Shown in pieces: positions 1-10,125 of a DNA stretch of 64,000 nt. The position numbers and the translations under genes were made by a program. The notes below the pieces were generated by a model. It was not told the origin of the DNA and searched no databases. It saw nothing but the letters and a program-made list of their open reading frames with translations. The DNA comes from Anaerolineales bacterium (lineage in GTDB: Bacteria; Chloroflexota; Anaerolineae; Anaerolineales; UBA11858): positions 7,502 to 71,501 of the forward strand of contig JAWODY010000081.1 of the NCBI GenBank assembly GCA_046483045.1, read 5' to 3'. Each line of letters begins with the position of its first letter. The stretch's first letter is position 1.

Positions 1-1
1 G

Positions 2-142
2 CATTGGATACCCAACCTGGATGCCACCGGGTTAGACGAAATCCTCATCGCTCTCAAGGACTCTGCAAATGAAAACACACCTTTGATCATCAACGTCGAT
101 GAAGGGGAAAATGGTGAGAAAGTAAAAGTCATCATCGGATAA
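2..142 (+). CDS. 3' end of a hypothetical protein, probable paralog of 168..545 (partial at window edge)
   Basis: Frame 2 reads HWIPNLDATGLDEILIALKDSANENTPLIINVDEGENGEKVKVIIG*. The C-terminus resembles that of the next gene (GKIVDVIDEEDQEQIEIFIE). Confidence 0.7.
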   Translation, partial: HWIPNLDATGLDEILIALKDSANENTPLIINVDEGENGEKVKVIIG

Positions 143-167
143 TAGCACTTACAAAAGGAGCCCAATC

Positions 168-545
168 ATGGCAACCACAGAAGAGCGCATGAAGATATTA
201 AGAATGATCAATGAAGGAAAAATAACAGCAGAAGAAGGGTCCAAACTCCTCAAAACCTTAGGGGGGAGTGAAAAACCCAAAAAAGTCAAAGGCAAAATTG
301 GCTCATCCCAGTGGCTGAGAGTACGGGTGACGGATATGGCCAAAGGGAAAACGAAGGTCAACGTCAATCTACCGCTTAAGTTATTGGACGCAGGCCTGAA
401 TATCGCATCTCAATTTGCGCCCGAGATGGAAGACCAGCAGATGATGGATGCGGTCAAGGAAGCCTTGAATGAGAATATGCAGGGGAAAATCGTCGACGTC
501 ATCGATGAAGAAGACCAAGAGCAAATTGAGATATTCATCGAGTAG
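168..545 (+). CDS. SHOCT-like (YvlB/LiaX N-terminal type) domain protein
   Basis: EERMKILRMINEGKITAEEGSKLLKTL N-terminal motif, WLRVRVTD...VNVNLPL; AGGAG RBS. Confidence 0.8.
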   Translation: MATTEERMKILRMINEGKITAEEGSKLLKTLGGSEKPKKVKGKIGSSQWLRVRVTDMAKGKTKVNVNLPLKLLDAGLNIASQFAPEMEDQQMMDAVKEALNENMQGKIVDVIDEEDQEQIEIFIE

Positions 546-562
546 GACGCATTTCCGAGCAC

Positions 563-594
563 AAAAAAAGCCCAGGATATCCTGGGCTTTTTTT
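563..594. terminator. Bidirectional intrinsic terminator
   Basis: Perfect 32-bp palindrome AAAAAAAGCCCAGGATATCCTGGGCTTTTTTT between convergent genes. Confidence 0.9.
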
Positions 595-627
595 CCTCCA
601 GTGCCTGAATAGGGGTTATCCGCGATC

Positions 628-870
628 TTATTCCACGTCCACGGCCTGTCCCTTGACGACATCCTCAGATGGAGGGACATATTCAGGGACGATGATCATC
701 ATGATCAGATACACCCACAGCAAACCGCTCCCGGTGGCAAAGGTTCCAAACACAAATAACAGCCGGATCAAAGTCGGATCTACCTCGAAATATTCACCCA
801 TTCCTCCACATACCCCGGCAATCATGCGGTCCTCTCGGGACCGGTACAATTTTTTATATGCATCACTCAT
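628..870 (-). CDS. PspC domain protein
   Basis: KKLYRSREDRMIAGVCGGMGEYFEVDPTLIRL signature followed by a TM helix ending IIVPE. Confidence 0.93.
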   Translation of the reverse strand: MSDAYKKLYRSREDRMIAGVCGGMGEYFEVDPTLIRLLFVFGTFATGSGLLWVYLIMMIIVPEYVPPSEDVVKGQAVDVE

Positions 871-1052
871 CCTGTTCGCTCCTCTAAACTAAACATTTTT
901 CCTCTCTACCTATATATACGCTTTCAGGCCAAAAAAGTTTCATCCACCGGCCCACCCTGGCTGCATTCTTCTCAGGAAAGACACAATCTAACAATAACCA
1001 ACACCAAGCAATATTTGATATAATTTCTTGAAACTAAGCCAAGAGAGGGCCC

Positions 1053-1709
1053 ATGGACATCTACAAACAGGAAGCTGAATCCGTTGACGTCGGGGAAAGG
1101 CTGCGAGAACTCAGAGAGGAGCGTGATTTGTCCATCCGGGCGGTGGGCCGCCTCAGCGGATTGTCCGCAAACGCCCTCAGCGTCATTGAACGCGGAAAAT
1201 CTTCTCCCTCTGTGAGCACGTTGTATAAGATAGCTGATGCCCTTGAAGTCCCGGTAACCGCTTTTTTCCAAGAAAAACGGGCCCAGCATGAAGTCGTGGT
1301 CACCAAAGCCTCCCAACGGAACCGGATTCCCTTCCATCGTGGGGTCTGGGAGGACCTGGGGGGAGAACGATTCTCAGGCAAGGTTGAACCCTTTATGTTG
1401 ACCCTGGAAGTGGGAGCAAGCAGCGGCCGCTTTCCCATCAACCACTCAGGGCACGAACTCGTCTTTTGCTTACGGGGACAATTGGAATATGAAGTAGAGG
1501 GAGAAACCTACCTGCTTGAAGCGGGAGACTGTCTGCTGTTCTCTGCCGCCTTAAACCACGAATGGCGAAATCCCGGAAAGACCGTGACCAACGCCTTATT
1601 CGTGATCTCCTGTTTTCAAGAAGACGAAAGACCTTCTCGATACCACAGGGCTTCCAGCGAGAAGAGAGAAGACGAAGAAGGGGAAGAAGACGAAAAACCT
1701 TCCTCTTGA
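1053..1709 (+). CDS. XRE-family HTH regulator with C-terminal cupin
   Basis: GERLRELREERDLSIRAVGRLSGLSANALSVIERGKSSPSVSTL HTH; HSGHELVFCLRG...HEWRN cupin. Confidence 0.92.
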   Translation: MDIYKQEAESVDVGERLRELREERDLSIRAVGRLSGLSANALSVIERGKSSPSVSTLYKIADALEVPVTAFFQEKRAQHEVVVTKASQRNRIPFHRGVWEDLGGERFSGKVEPFMLTLEVGASSGRFPINHSGHELVFCLRGQLEYEVEGETYLLEAGDCLLFSAALNHEWRNPGKTVTNALFVISCFQEDERPSRYHRASSEKREDEEGEEDEKPSS

Positions 1710-1827
1710 CCCCCCTCTTTCATCATCTGCTCTTCAACACCTCGTTTCCGATACGGGTTCCAGCCAGGACCCTATGCCGTACCTATACATACAAACGTGA
1801 AGGACCTACCTCCCCAACATCCGCTTG

Positions 1828-3477
1828 TTATTCTGGGCTATTAAACAACTGGCGGCGCATCAAGCGCGGAGGTAATGATCCGCAGCTCATGATATCATCG
1901 TGAATCTTACACAACTCAGCCTGGGGATGAGCCCGGCGGTATTCTTCCACCAAGTCCAGGATGGCTAATTTACCCATCAAATAAGATTGGGGTTGGGTAG
2001 GTGAACTGGTATAGCGACGCACCTCCGCCTGGGCATCGTCAGGTTCCAAACGGCATTCCTCCACCAAAAATGCCGCCGCTTCCTCTATGGACATACCTTT
2101 GGTATGCAGCGAGACATCCAGGATAATGCGGGCGGACCGCCATAATTGATCGGAAAGGCGGCCCAAGCGTTGAAAGGGACCTGCGATGTACCCCAACTCT
2201 TCCATCAATTCCTCACAGTAAAAAGCCCATCCCTCAATGAAAAGAGTGGACAAAAAGGATCCCATCCGCCGCACGACCTGCTCCTGCCGGTTGGCCCACA
2301 CCAACTGCAAATGGTGGCCAGGATAAGCTTCATGGAGCGCGGTGATGGGCAGTTTGGCCCAGTGGTGCCCCTTCAGTTTCCGTTCTCGCTCCTCCTGTGG
2401 GGCGTCCGGATTTACCGGGGTGACCAAGAAGATCCCCTCCTGCTCTTCCTCCAGGATGCCGGGCTGCATGTACGCGGCATAAGGGATGATGGGCCGCAGA
2501 TAAGAAGGCGTTTCCACAATGCGCAGGGTCTCATCCTCAGGAATGGTGACAATGTTGTGGTCGATCACGTACGTCCGAGCGGCATCCATGGCCTCCCGGT
2601 AGGCATCCAGGAGCCCTTCCGCGGTGGGATGATCAGCCTTGGCTTCCTCCAACAATTCCTTGACAGATTTACCTGGATCGATCTCTTTCACCAATGCTTC
2701 AAGCTCCCCTTGTGTCTGGCGGAACTGCTCCCATCCTATTTCCAATAACTCCTCAGCATCATAACCTACCAAATGCTCTTCGCGCAATTTCTCATTGAAC
2801 AATTCCTCCCCGGCCGCAAAGTCTCCCTGCGTTTGAGGGAGAAGGTCATCCTGGAGAAATTCGCTGTAATCCTGGATCGCCTGCGCTGCCGTCTGTCCAG
2901 CCCTCGAGAGATCATCCTTGATGTCCGGGGCCGCCTGGGCAGCCAGGGCTGACAGCAGTCCCGTAAAGAGAGCCGGGGCCTGACGGGCTTGTTCCAGGGC
3001 GACCTCAACCCAAACAGGCGGAATCTTCTCAGGAATAAGGTTTCCTTTTCCTTCTTCCAGGACCCGGGGCACTTCACGGACCCGCCCAAGAGCTGAAGTC
3101 AAGCGTTCGGATAAGGGAGCAAAGTCCTTTAAGACCAGCATGAAAACCCCACCCATCACTTCCCCAATATAGCTGCCCGGATTTCGGTGGTGGCTCTCTA
3201 CCTTTTCATACCCCCGGATAAAGGATTGCAGGATGCGTGTCATCAACTCGTGATCAATTTCCGCATCCACCTGGAAGCTTTCCGTGTCCATCCCTTCAAA
3301 TTCGGCCAGGGCTTCTTTAATTTCTTGGTGCTGGGCTTCCAAGGCCTCGGGAGTTGAATCCGACAAACGATCATCCCAGCGGTGCTCGCCCAGCTGGGTG
3401 GCTGCTGTCGGGTTTAGTTCCAGTAAGCGGTCCAACCATTGCTCTGCTGTACTGTAAAAATGTGCTTCTGCTGTCAT
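1828..3477 (-). CDS. DUF885 family putative metallopeptidase
   Basis: NPTAATQLGEHRWDDRL, HEAYPGHHLQ, EGWAFYCE, EVRRY..PTQPQSYLMG motifs. Confidence 0.92.
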   Translation of the reverse strand: MTAEAHFYSTAEQWLDRLLELNPTAATQLGEHRWDDRLSDSTPEALEAQHQEIKEALAEFEGMDTESFQVDAEIDHELMTRILQSFIRGYEKVESHHRNPGSYIGEVMGGVFMLVLKDFAPLSERLTSALGRVREVPRVLEEGKGNLIPEKIPPVWVEVALEQARQAPALFTGLLSALAAQAAPDIKDDLSRAGQTAAQAIQDYSEFLQDDLLPQTQGDFAAGEELFNEKLREEHLVGYDAEELLEIGWEQFRQTQGELEALVKEIDPGKSVKELLEEAKADHPTAEGLLDAYREAMDAARTYVIDHNIVTIPEDETLRIVETPSYLRPIIPYAAYMQPGILEEEQEGIFLVTPVNPDAPQEERERKLKGHHWAKLPITALHEAYPGHHLQLVWANRQEQVVRRMGSFLSTLFIEGWAFYCEELMEELGYIAGPFQRLGRLSDQLWRSARIILDVSLHTKGMSIEEAAAFLVEECRLEPDDAQAEVRRYTSSPTQPQSYLMGKLAILDLVEEYRRAHPQAELCKIHDDIMSCGSLPPRLMRRQLFNSPE

Positions 3478-3802
3478 ACCCTGCCTCCCTGATGCTGTGA
3501 ATAGTTCTGATTGAAATTGGTCTCACACAATACTGAATATATCATGACATCGCTTCTCACCTCAAAGTCTTCTCACCCCATTTTTCATAGAACCCTGCAT
3601 TTGCTTCCAAGGGGACCAGTCCAGCACATGAAAACAGTCCCGGGGAGAAAAGTCTTTCTCTCCAACAACACATCCAGCCAGGAGCTCCCTCAAGATATCA
3701 AAAAGGAGGGACCTTCAGGGATCAGGATATTTTTTGTATAATTAACTTGGGAATGATAACTGCAGGAGAACCGTTTTCCAAAAGAAGGGACAATCACACC
3801 CC

Positions 3803-4285
3803 ATGGAACCAAAAGAGCAAATCAGGAAGATAGAAAAAGCAGTCAGCGAGTATATCTCATCGATTGAAGAACTCCCGGAAGATCTCTTCTTAACACCCAT
3901 GAACGGCTGGTCTCCCCGGGATGTGACCGCACACCTCATCGGGTGGAATCAACACACCATCGAAGGCTGCCGCCAAATCATTCAGGGAGAACGCCCGGAT
4001 TATTTTGAGGATGCAGATAACAATTACCGCAACCTCAATGCGAGATCTGTAAAGAAATACGCTTCTAAAAATAAAATCAACCTGCTGGCAGAATGTACGG
4101 ATTCATTCAAAGATCTAAAATCTTATCTCAATTCCCTGAGTCCCCAGCAGTGGGAAAAAGATTACGGAGTGCGTTATCGAGATTGGATGATCACGATATA
4201 CAATACCGTGCTTGCCCTTCAGAAAGACTACGAAACCCACCAAGAAGAAATTGAGCGCTGGGCCCAGACGCAAAGCGAACCCTGA
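3803..4285 (+). CDS. DinB-like / ClbS-DfsB-type four-helix bundle protein
   Basis: WSPRDVTAHLIGWN motif and C-terminal DYETHQEEI. Confidence 0.75.
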   Translation: MEPKEQIRKIEKAVSEYISSIEELPEDLFLTPMNGWSPRDVTAHLIGWNQHTIEGCRQIIQGERPDYFEDADNNYRNLNARSVKKYASKNKINLLAECTDSFKDLKSYLNSLSPQQWEKDYGVRYRDWMITIYNTVLALQKDYETHQEEIERWAQTQSEP

Positions 4286-4330
4286 TCGCGTTTATCCCTG
4301 CCCCGCAGGCAACCAGGGCCCTTCACCTTC

Positions 4331-6727
4331 TCACCGCTTTTTAATCACCACCGACCCCCAGACAACAAAGCCCAATATCAGTGACCCAGGGCAGAGGAAA
4401 CGCGGGAAATCTGAAAAGGTCTGCACTGGAGGTTCAGGAACAGAAGGCATCTGCCCCGGCTCACGGGTGGGCACCTCGATGTCCTCTCCCGGCCCTTTTA
4501 CTACCTGGTAAGCCTTCCCATCCGCGATGAAGATCACCTCTTCACCCAGGGAAAAATATTTTCCCCACGCCGGCCTGGAAGCCAGGATCTGAAAATAAGT
4601 CTCCGTCCCAAAACCGATTTTCACCGTTTCCATGGTCTCAGGATCAAAGGTGGTGTCCATCCAGATACCCCCACTCCGAAGGAAGGTTTTGCTGCCTGCA
4701 TATTTCAAGATCCATTCCTCCTCCCCTGATAATCCCTGCCCTCCTGGCTGAGAAGGGACAGAATCCGCAGCCCTCATTTGTCCTTCCATCTCCGCTTTTT
4801 CTGCTGCCGCTCTGCCTGAAGCTGGCAAAGAAGGTTGGGCTGATAGTTCCCTGGCAGCTTCTTCCTGACCTCTCTGGGTGAGAATGTCCTCCTCTTCAAT
4901 CAAAAACGAAGTGTAAGGTGTGATGATCCCGTAGCGCACGCTGAGGTCGACGATAGCTTCCACCCACTCATCCTTCTCGCCATGAAGGCGGATCTGGGTC
5001 ATAAAATAACCGATCTTGCGTGTGGCCCACAGGCGCGGGATATAGCTCTTCGCTTCCCGCTCCTGGCTCCATGTCGTCGCCTGGCCTGGAAAACTCACCG
5101 TATAGACATACTCTTTTTCCCGGCCGTCCACGTTCCCAGAGAGGACGATTTCCGTCTCTTGATCCCTTCCAGACGGCAAGCGGTAACGCCCAGCAATGAT
5201 CAACTGGGTCCCTGCATAAAGGTCAGGCAGGGATTTGGGATAAAGGTCCTCGGCAACCACCTCCCCAAAATCAATCTTCAAATCAGTCAGGACAGGGGAT
5301 TTGATCTTCGCGTACAGCCCGGAAACTTCCGCCTCGATGCTTTCCTGGGGCCGGACATATGATGTATAACCGTGATGGTACTCAGCCAACGTGTCCAGCA
5401 GGATAGTGTTGACATCATCCCCTACACCAAAGGGGAACAGACGCAGCCTGGGATCCGCCTCTTTCCGGGCCTTGACGAGGATTTCCTGAACATCGGTCAC
5501 ACCTTCTGTAGGTAATCCATCCGTCAGAAAGATGACGACCGCAGGACGAGCCGCCCCTCCTTGACCTTCCTTTCCCCTCTCTAAGGAAGAAAACGCTTCC
5601 GTCAATCCCCAGTTTATATCTGTGCCGCCCAGAGCTTCTAACCTTTCCAACCAAGCCGCGGCGCCGGGGGCCGCTGAGGCGGGCTGCAGCTGGTCGGCAA
5701 AGCGTTTGATTCCCGAAGAAAACGCGATCACGTTGAAGCGGTCCTCTTCATTTAAGTGCTCCAGAATATATGTGAGTGCGGCTTTGGCCTGGGATAATTT
5801 TTTACCCTCCATGGATCCGGATGTGTCAAGCACAAAAACGAGATCCCGGGGGATGACCCGGTCAACCTCCATATGGGGTGAAGCCAAAAGTAGAAAATAT
5901 CCCACTTCACCTGAAACGCTTCCTTCCTGATTGATGTAAGGAAGGATGTGGAGTCCGATGTCCCGCTTGTCCACCGTGTAGATCAATTCAAAATCTTCCT
6001 CAGGAAGCACGCTGGTTTCTTCATAACTGACCCGCGCCCGGTCTTCCCCTATCCTGTCAAGGAAAACGCGGTCATGATGCGTGGTGGAGTATACGGCATG
6101 TATAGGTTGACCGGCATTGATCTCCACGTGGATGGAGCAGGTCTCCAAGGGTCGGGCGGAATATTTCTCCGTGCTCAGGGGGTAGATGTACTCAACCATC
6201 CCACCCTCATTCTCCAAGACCTGCGTATACGCTAATTCAATCTTTCTGCTCCCACCCGCTGGAATCGGGTAAACCCGGGCCTGGACCGCAGCCCTCCCCA
6301 CGTATTCCAGGAGCGCAGGATCACGGCGGCGACGGACGATTTCCTCGTACACCTGCCGGGCTTCCTCCGCCTCCAGGATCTTCCCTTTCACTCGTTCTCC
6401 CTCCACCCACATGGTGAATTCAGAGACGGCTGCCCCTTTCGGAAGAGGAAAGAGATAGGTTCCTTCTACTTCCCAGTCCTGTTCATTGATGAATTCCTGC
6501 TCCACACGCGTGACCGCAATTTGGCCTTCGATCTTGACGTCGACATGGTGGTAGCGGATGGTGAGCCAATCCGGACCGTTTTCCCCGGGAACAGGGTTCG
6601 GGGGCGGGTCGGGGATGATCACGCCGTCAGCCTGAGCAGGGCGAGGGGTCAGCAACAAGGCCGCGATGACCAGGAACGCAGAGGCCAGGGCTTGTGAAAT
6701 CACTGAGGTCGTATGCCGCTTATCCAT
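4331..6727 (-). CDS. Secreted, membrane-anchored VIT + vWA domain protein
   Basis: Signal peptide (…PAQA|DG); VIT domain (EGTYLFPLPKGAAVSEF); vWA MIDAS DTSGSM, FLTDG, FGVGDDVN; C-terminal TM with KKR. Confidence 0.92.
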   Translation of the reverse strand: MDKRHTTSVISQALASAFLVIAALLLTPRPAQADGVIIPDPPPNPVPGENGPDWLTIRYHHVDVKIEGQIAVTRVEQEFINEQDWEVEGTYLFPLPKGAAVSEFTMWVEGERVKGKILEAEEARQVYEEIVRRRRDPALLEYVGRAAVQARVYPIPAGGSRKIELAYTQVLENEGGMVEYIYPLSTEKYSARPLETCSIHVEINAGQPIHAVYSTTHHDRVFLDRIGEDRARVSYEETSVLPEEDFELIYTVDKRDIGLHILPYINQEGSVSGEVGYFLLLASPHMEVDRVIPRDLVFVLDTSGSMEGKKLSQAKAALTYILEHLNEEDRFNVIAFSSGIKRFADQLQPASAAPGAAAWLERLEALGGTDINWGLTEAFSSLERGKEGQGGAARPAVVIFLTDGLPTEGVTDVQEILVKARKEADPRLRLFPFGVGDDVNTILLDTLAEYHHGYTSYVRPQESIEAEVSGLYAKIKSPVLTDLKIDFGEVVAEDLYPKSLPDLYAGTQLIIAGRYRLPSGRDQETEIVLSGNVDGREKEYVYTVSFPGQATTWSQEREAKSYIPRLWATRKIGYFMTQIRLHGEKDEWVEAIVDLSVRYGIITPYTSFLIEEEDILTQRGQEEAARELSAQPSLPASGRAAAEKAEMEGQMRAADSVPSQPGGQGLSGEEEWILKYAGSKTFLRSGGIWMDTTFDPETMETVKIGFGTETYFQILASRPAWGKYFSLGEEVIFIADGKAYQVVKGPGEDIEVPTREPGQMPSVPEPPVQTFSDFPRFLCPGSLILGFVVWGSVVIKKR

Positions 6728-6957
6728 GTTTCTCCTCCCATCTCTGTTTTCGCTTATGTCTTAGACGGAGAACAAAAGGGAAAAGTTCCCGGATCTTTCA
6801 ACGGCACGGATTGGGGGCATGCATTTGCAGTGTTTCACACCTCACTTGAGAAGGGTGAAACAACATTGCAGGAGCAAATAAGTATAGATGTATTTTTTCA
6901 AAGGATGAGAGAAGTTTTTGAAACTTTTAGGGATCCTCAATATGAAAGGTTTATCTG

Positions 6958-7662
6958 CTACAGGGATTGGATGGTTTGCGGAATATCCTCCAAACGCTCC
7001 ACCTCCCGAAAGCGCTCTCTTAAAGGCCCCTCAATCTCTCCCCCTTCATAGTCCCACGATAGATGCGGTGCCACGTGAATGGCCCACCCTCCCAACTCCA
7101 GGATGGGTTGGATGTCAGAGCGGATCGAGTTCCCGACCATCACAAAACGGTCCACGTCCACCTCATGCCGGTCCAGGATCTCCTGATATACATCCGCTGT
7201 TTTCTCGCTGACCACTTCGACGGATTTAAAATAGGGACCGAGGCCAGATTCCTCCACCTTGCGCTGCTGGTGAAAGAGATCGCCTTTGGTGATCAGCATC
7301 AAAGGGTACACCGCGCTCAGGGAGGAAATCAGCTCTGGAACCCCCTCGAAAAGCGTGACCTCAGTGGTCAGCATCTCTTTGGACAGGTCGATCAAAGCCT
7401 GGATGTCCTCAGCCTGGACCTTCCCCTCCGTCAAATCGACGGTGGCCTCGATCATGGAAAGCACAAAACTCATCACGCCGTATCCATAATAAGGCAGGTT
7501 TCGGATTTCGGTCTCGTGAAAATACTCCTCAATTCCGTCCTGGGGATCGTATTTGGAAACGATCTCACGAAAGCGATCCCTGCCCTCGCGATACAGGGCT
7601 TCGTTTTGCCACAGCGTATCATCAGCGTCAAACGCAATCCAGTGAAACGTATTGGAGCTCAA
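6958..7662 (-). CDS. HAD-superfamily hydrolase
   Basis: FDADDTLW motif I, ITKGD, MVGNSIRSDI. Confidence 0.92.
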   Translation of the reverse strand: MSSNTFHWIAFDADDTLWQNEALYREGRDRFREIVSKYDPQDGIEEYFHETEIRNLPYYGYGVMSFVLSMIEATVDLTEGKVQAEDIQALIDLSKEMLTTEVTLFEGVPELISSLSAVYPLMLITKGDLFHQQRKVEESGLGPYFKSVEVVSEKTADVYQEILDRHEVDVDRFVMVGNSIRSDIQPILELGGWAIHVAPHLSWDYEGGEIEGPLRERFREVERLEDIPQTIQSL

Positions 7663-7824
7663 AACATTCCTCCTCGCCGCAAATAAAACAACTTCTCCCT
7701 GAACCCTGAACTGCCCTCAAAACCAAAGTTCAACCAACCCTCCCCATCTTCCCTGCCAATAACCACCCTTTCGCGGATTATGGGCAAAGCCAGGGATAAC
7801 CCCACAGCCTCCACAGTCATCCGT

Positions 7825-9420
7825 TTACGTAAGTTCTTCAAGGATAGGCGGACGGCGCTGGCGCCATTCCTCCTCTTCGGTCACCCGCTCATAAGCTCGA
7901 CCTATCCTGAAAAGCTTCCCCTCCGAGAAATCCGGGCCGAGCAGCTGCACGCCTATGGGCAGTCCATCCCCATCAAACCCCGCCGGGATGGACAGGCCGG
8001 GGATGCCCGCGTGATTGGCAGTGACCGTCAACTGGTCAGAATACTGCATCAAAACGGAGTCCCCGTAGACCCCTCCAATCGGAAAGGCGGTGGAGGGGGT
8101 GGTCGGCGTCATAAGTGCATCCAGTGCATAATCTCCCCCCGGCGCGAAGATATCTTCAAAATCCGAACGGATCAGGGCCCGGGCCCGGAGGGCCTTCTGG
8201 TAATACTGCTCCTCGAACTGCGCAGCGCTGAGGTACATGCCCATCAACATGCGCAACTTGGGCTGTTCCCCGAACGCCTGACCGCGCGTTTTTCGATACA
8301 GCTCCCTTAAATCATCCAGATTCCCCTCAGCGCGGTACCCGTATTTCACCCCGTCATAACGAAGCAGGTTGGAGGAAGCTTCCACCCGGGAGATCACAAA
8401 GTAGGTAGGAATGCCGTATTTCGTATGAGGAAGGGGCACATCCATGACGATATCCGCCCCCAATTGGGCCAGATTCCCCGCCGCAGCCATGACCGCATTC
8501 CTGATTTCCTCCGGAATGGGCTCCTGGTGCAATTCAGCGGTTTCGGCATCAAAGAATGTGACCCGGAAAAATTCCTCGGATAAGCCGATCCGCATGCCCC
8601 GGATGTCTTTCTCCAGCTCTGCCAGGTAATTGAGAACAGGCACGGTGGCCGCCGTGTTGTCCAGCCGATCCCGGCCGGCGATAGTCTGCAGGAACAGGGC
8701 AGCATCCGTCACGTTGCGGGCCAGCGGTCCGGGGCAATCCAGGGAAGACCCAAAGGCAATCAGGCCGTATCTGGAAACACGCCCGTATGTGGGCTTCACG
8801 CCCACAGTTCCGCAAAAAGAAGCGGGTTGCCGCACGGATCCCCCTGTGTCGGTGCCCAGCGACAAAGCCCCTTCTCCCACCGCCACTGCAGCCGCGCTCC
8901 CGCCGGAAGACCCTCCCGCTACCCGGCTGGTATCCCACGGGTTCCGCGGTGCGGGTTGAAAAGCGGAGGACTCATTCGAGGAGCCATATGTAAATTCATC
9001 TAAATTCACTTTCCCGAGGACAACGGCCCCGGCATCCAGCGCTCGTTGAACAGGGGTAGCTGTGTAAGGGGCTTTGTAATTAAACAGTATCTGGGAAGCA
9101 GCAGTCGTCAATGCCCCTTTGACTGTGAAAATATCTTTCACGGTGATGGGCACGCCGGCCAGAGACCCCGGATTCTGACCCTGGGCAACCCTCTTATCCA
9201 CCTCTTCTGCCTGTTTTCGGGCCATTTCCTCAGTGTATGAAATGAAGGCGTGAATGTGCTCTTCATCTTCCGGCGTGATCTCACCGGGCGATAAACGTCC
9301 CGGGCGGCCGTCCACCATTCGCACCCGTTCCAGGCAGCTGTCCAGCACTTCAACAGCGGATACCTGCCGGGTGCGCACCAAGTCAGCAATCTGATAAGCA
9401 GTTAAATCACACAGCTCCAT
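7825..9420 (-). CDS. gatA: Asp/Glu-tRNA amidotransferase subunit A
   Basis: Amidase signature GGSSGGS, GTDTGGSVRQPA, EASSNLLRYDGVKYG; directly downstream of gatC. Confidence 0.9.
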   Translation of the reverse strand: MELCDLTAYQIADLVRTRQVSAVEVLDSCLERVRMVDGRPGRLSPGEITPEDEEHIHAFISYTEEMARKQAEEVDKRVAQGQNPGSLAGVPITVKDIFTVKGALTTAASQILFNYKAPYTATPVQRALDAGAVVLGKVNLDEFTYGSSNESSAFQPAPRNPWDTSRVAGGSSGGSAAAVAVGEGALSLGTDTGGSVRQPASFCGTVGVKPTYGRVSRYGLIAFGSSLDCPGPLARNVTDAALFLQTIAGRDRLDNTAATVPVLNYLAELEKDIRGMRIGLSEEFFRVTFFDAETAELHQEPIPEEIRNAVMAAAGNLAQLGADIVMDVPLPHTKYGIPTYFVISRVEASSNLLRYDGVKYGYRAEGNLDDLRELYRKTRGQAFGEQPKLRMLMGMYLSAAQFEEQYYQKALRARALIRSDFEDIFAPGGDYALDALMTPTTPSTAFPIGGVYGDSVLMQYSDQLTVTANHAGIPGLSIPAGFDGDGLPIGVQLLGPDFSEGKLFRIGRAYERVTEEEEWRQRRPPILEELT

Positions 9421-9423
9421 CAC

Positions 9424-9744
9424 TTACTCCAGTTCCTCATGGGAAATATCCGGGACGACATAATAACCATCTTCCGTGTCAGTCGCTTGTTCGAGGATCT
9501 CTTCTTTATGAGGGTCCGGAATGACTTCATCCTCCCTGGGAGTGGGACTGCGTTCCGGGGGATACGGCACGCCGTGCGAAGCGGCCTGGACCTCTGCATC
9601 GATGGGGATACTTTCCAAGACCTCGATGGAAATCAGCTGATTATTGAGCTCCTGCCGTAAGTAATCCGCTTCCTGCTCAGAAAGCTCCAAAGCGGCTAAG
9701 TCCACCAAACGTTGAAATATATCAGGTGTTATTTTCTCTTCCAT
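9424..9744 (-). CDS. gatC: Asp/Glu-tRNA amidotransferase subunit C
   Basis: RLVDLAALELSEQE…REDEV…GYYVVP pattern; adjacent to gatA. Confidence 0.85.
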   Translation of the reverse strand: MEEKITPDIFQRLVDLAALELSEQEADYLRQELNNQLISIEVLESIPIDAEVQAASHGVPYPPERSPTPREDEVIPDPHKEEILEQATDTEDGYYVVPDISHEELE

Positions 9745-10026
9745 GGGTTTCCTTCGTTCCAAACGATCAAATCGGATTTCTCACCTATTTTATCATTTCT
9801 AAACGCTTCTGAATGCAGCCCCTCTCCCCTCAAAGGGATTCCGCGCCCTTCCAACGCATCACCCAGCCCGGCGCTTCCCCTGACCATTCTCCAGGGACTC
9901 AATCACCGCCCTTCAAGAGCCAGGAAACCGGATGATGCTCCATTTCCTTTTTGAGAGCTGAAACTGCTATAATCAAGAATAAATCCTCTCTCACATATCC
10001 CCCTGGATGATTCAGGAGGAGGTACG

Positions 10027-10113
10027 ATAGCATCCAAAGAAATTGGATTTACCCTGACAGACAAGGTCCACATGATCCGCAAAGCAGCCCGAGATCAATA
10101 TACCCGTTCATGA
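10027..10113 (+). pseudogene. Possible relic of an acyl-CoA dehydrogenase 5' end
   Basis: Strong AGGAGG RBS followed by ATA; reads (M)ASKEIGFTLTDKVHMIRKAARDQYTRS*, like F-x-LT-x3-MIRxAARDF N-termini. Confidence 0.4.
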
Positions 10114-10125
10114 AAAGACATACAC

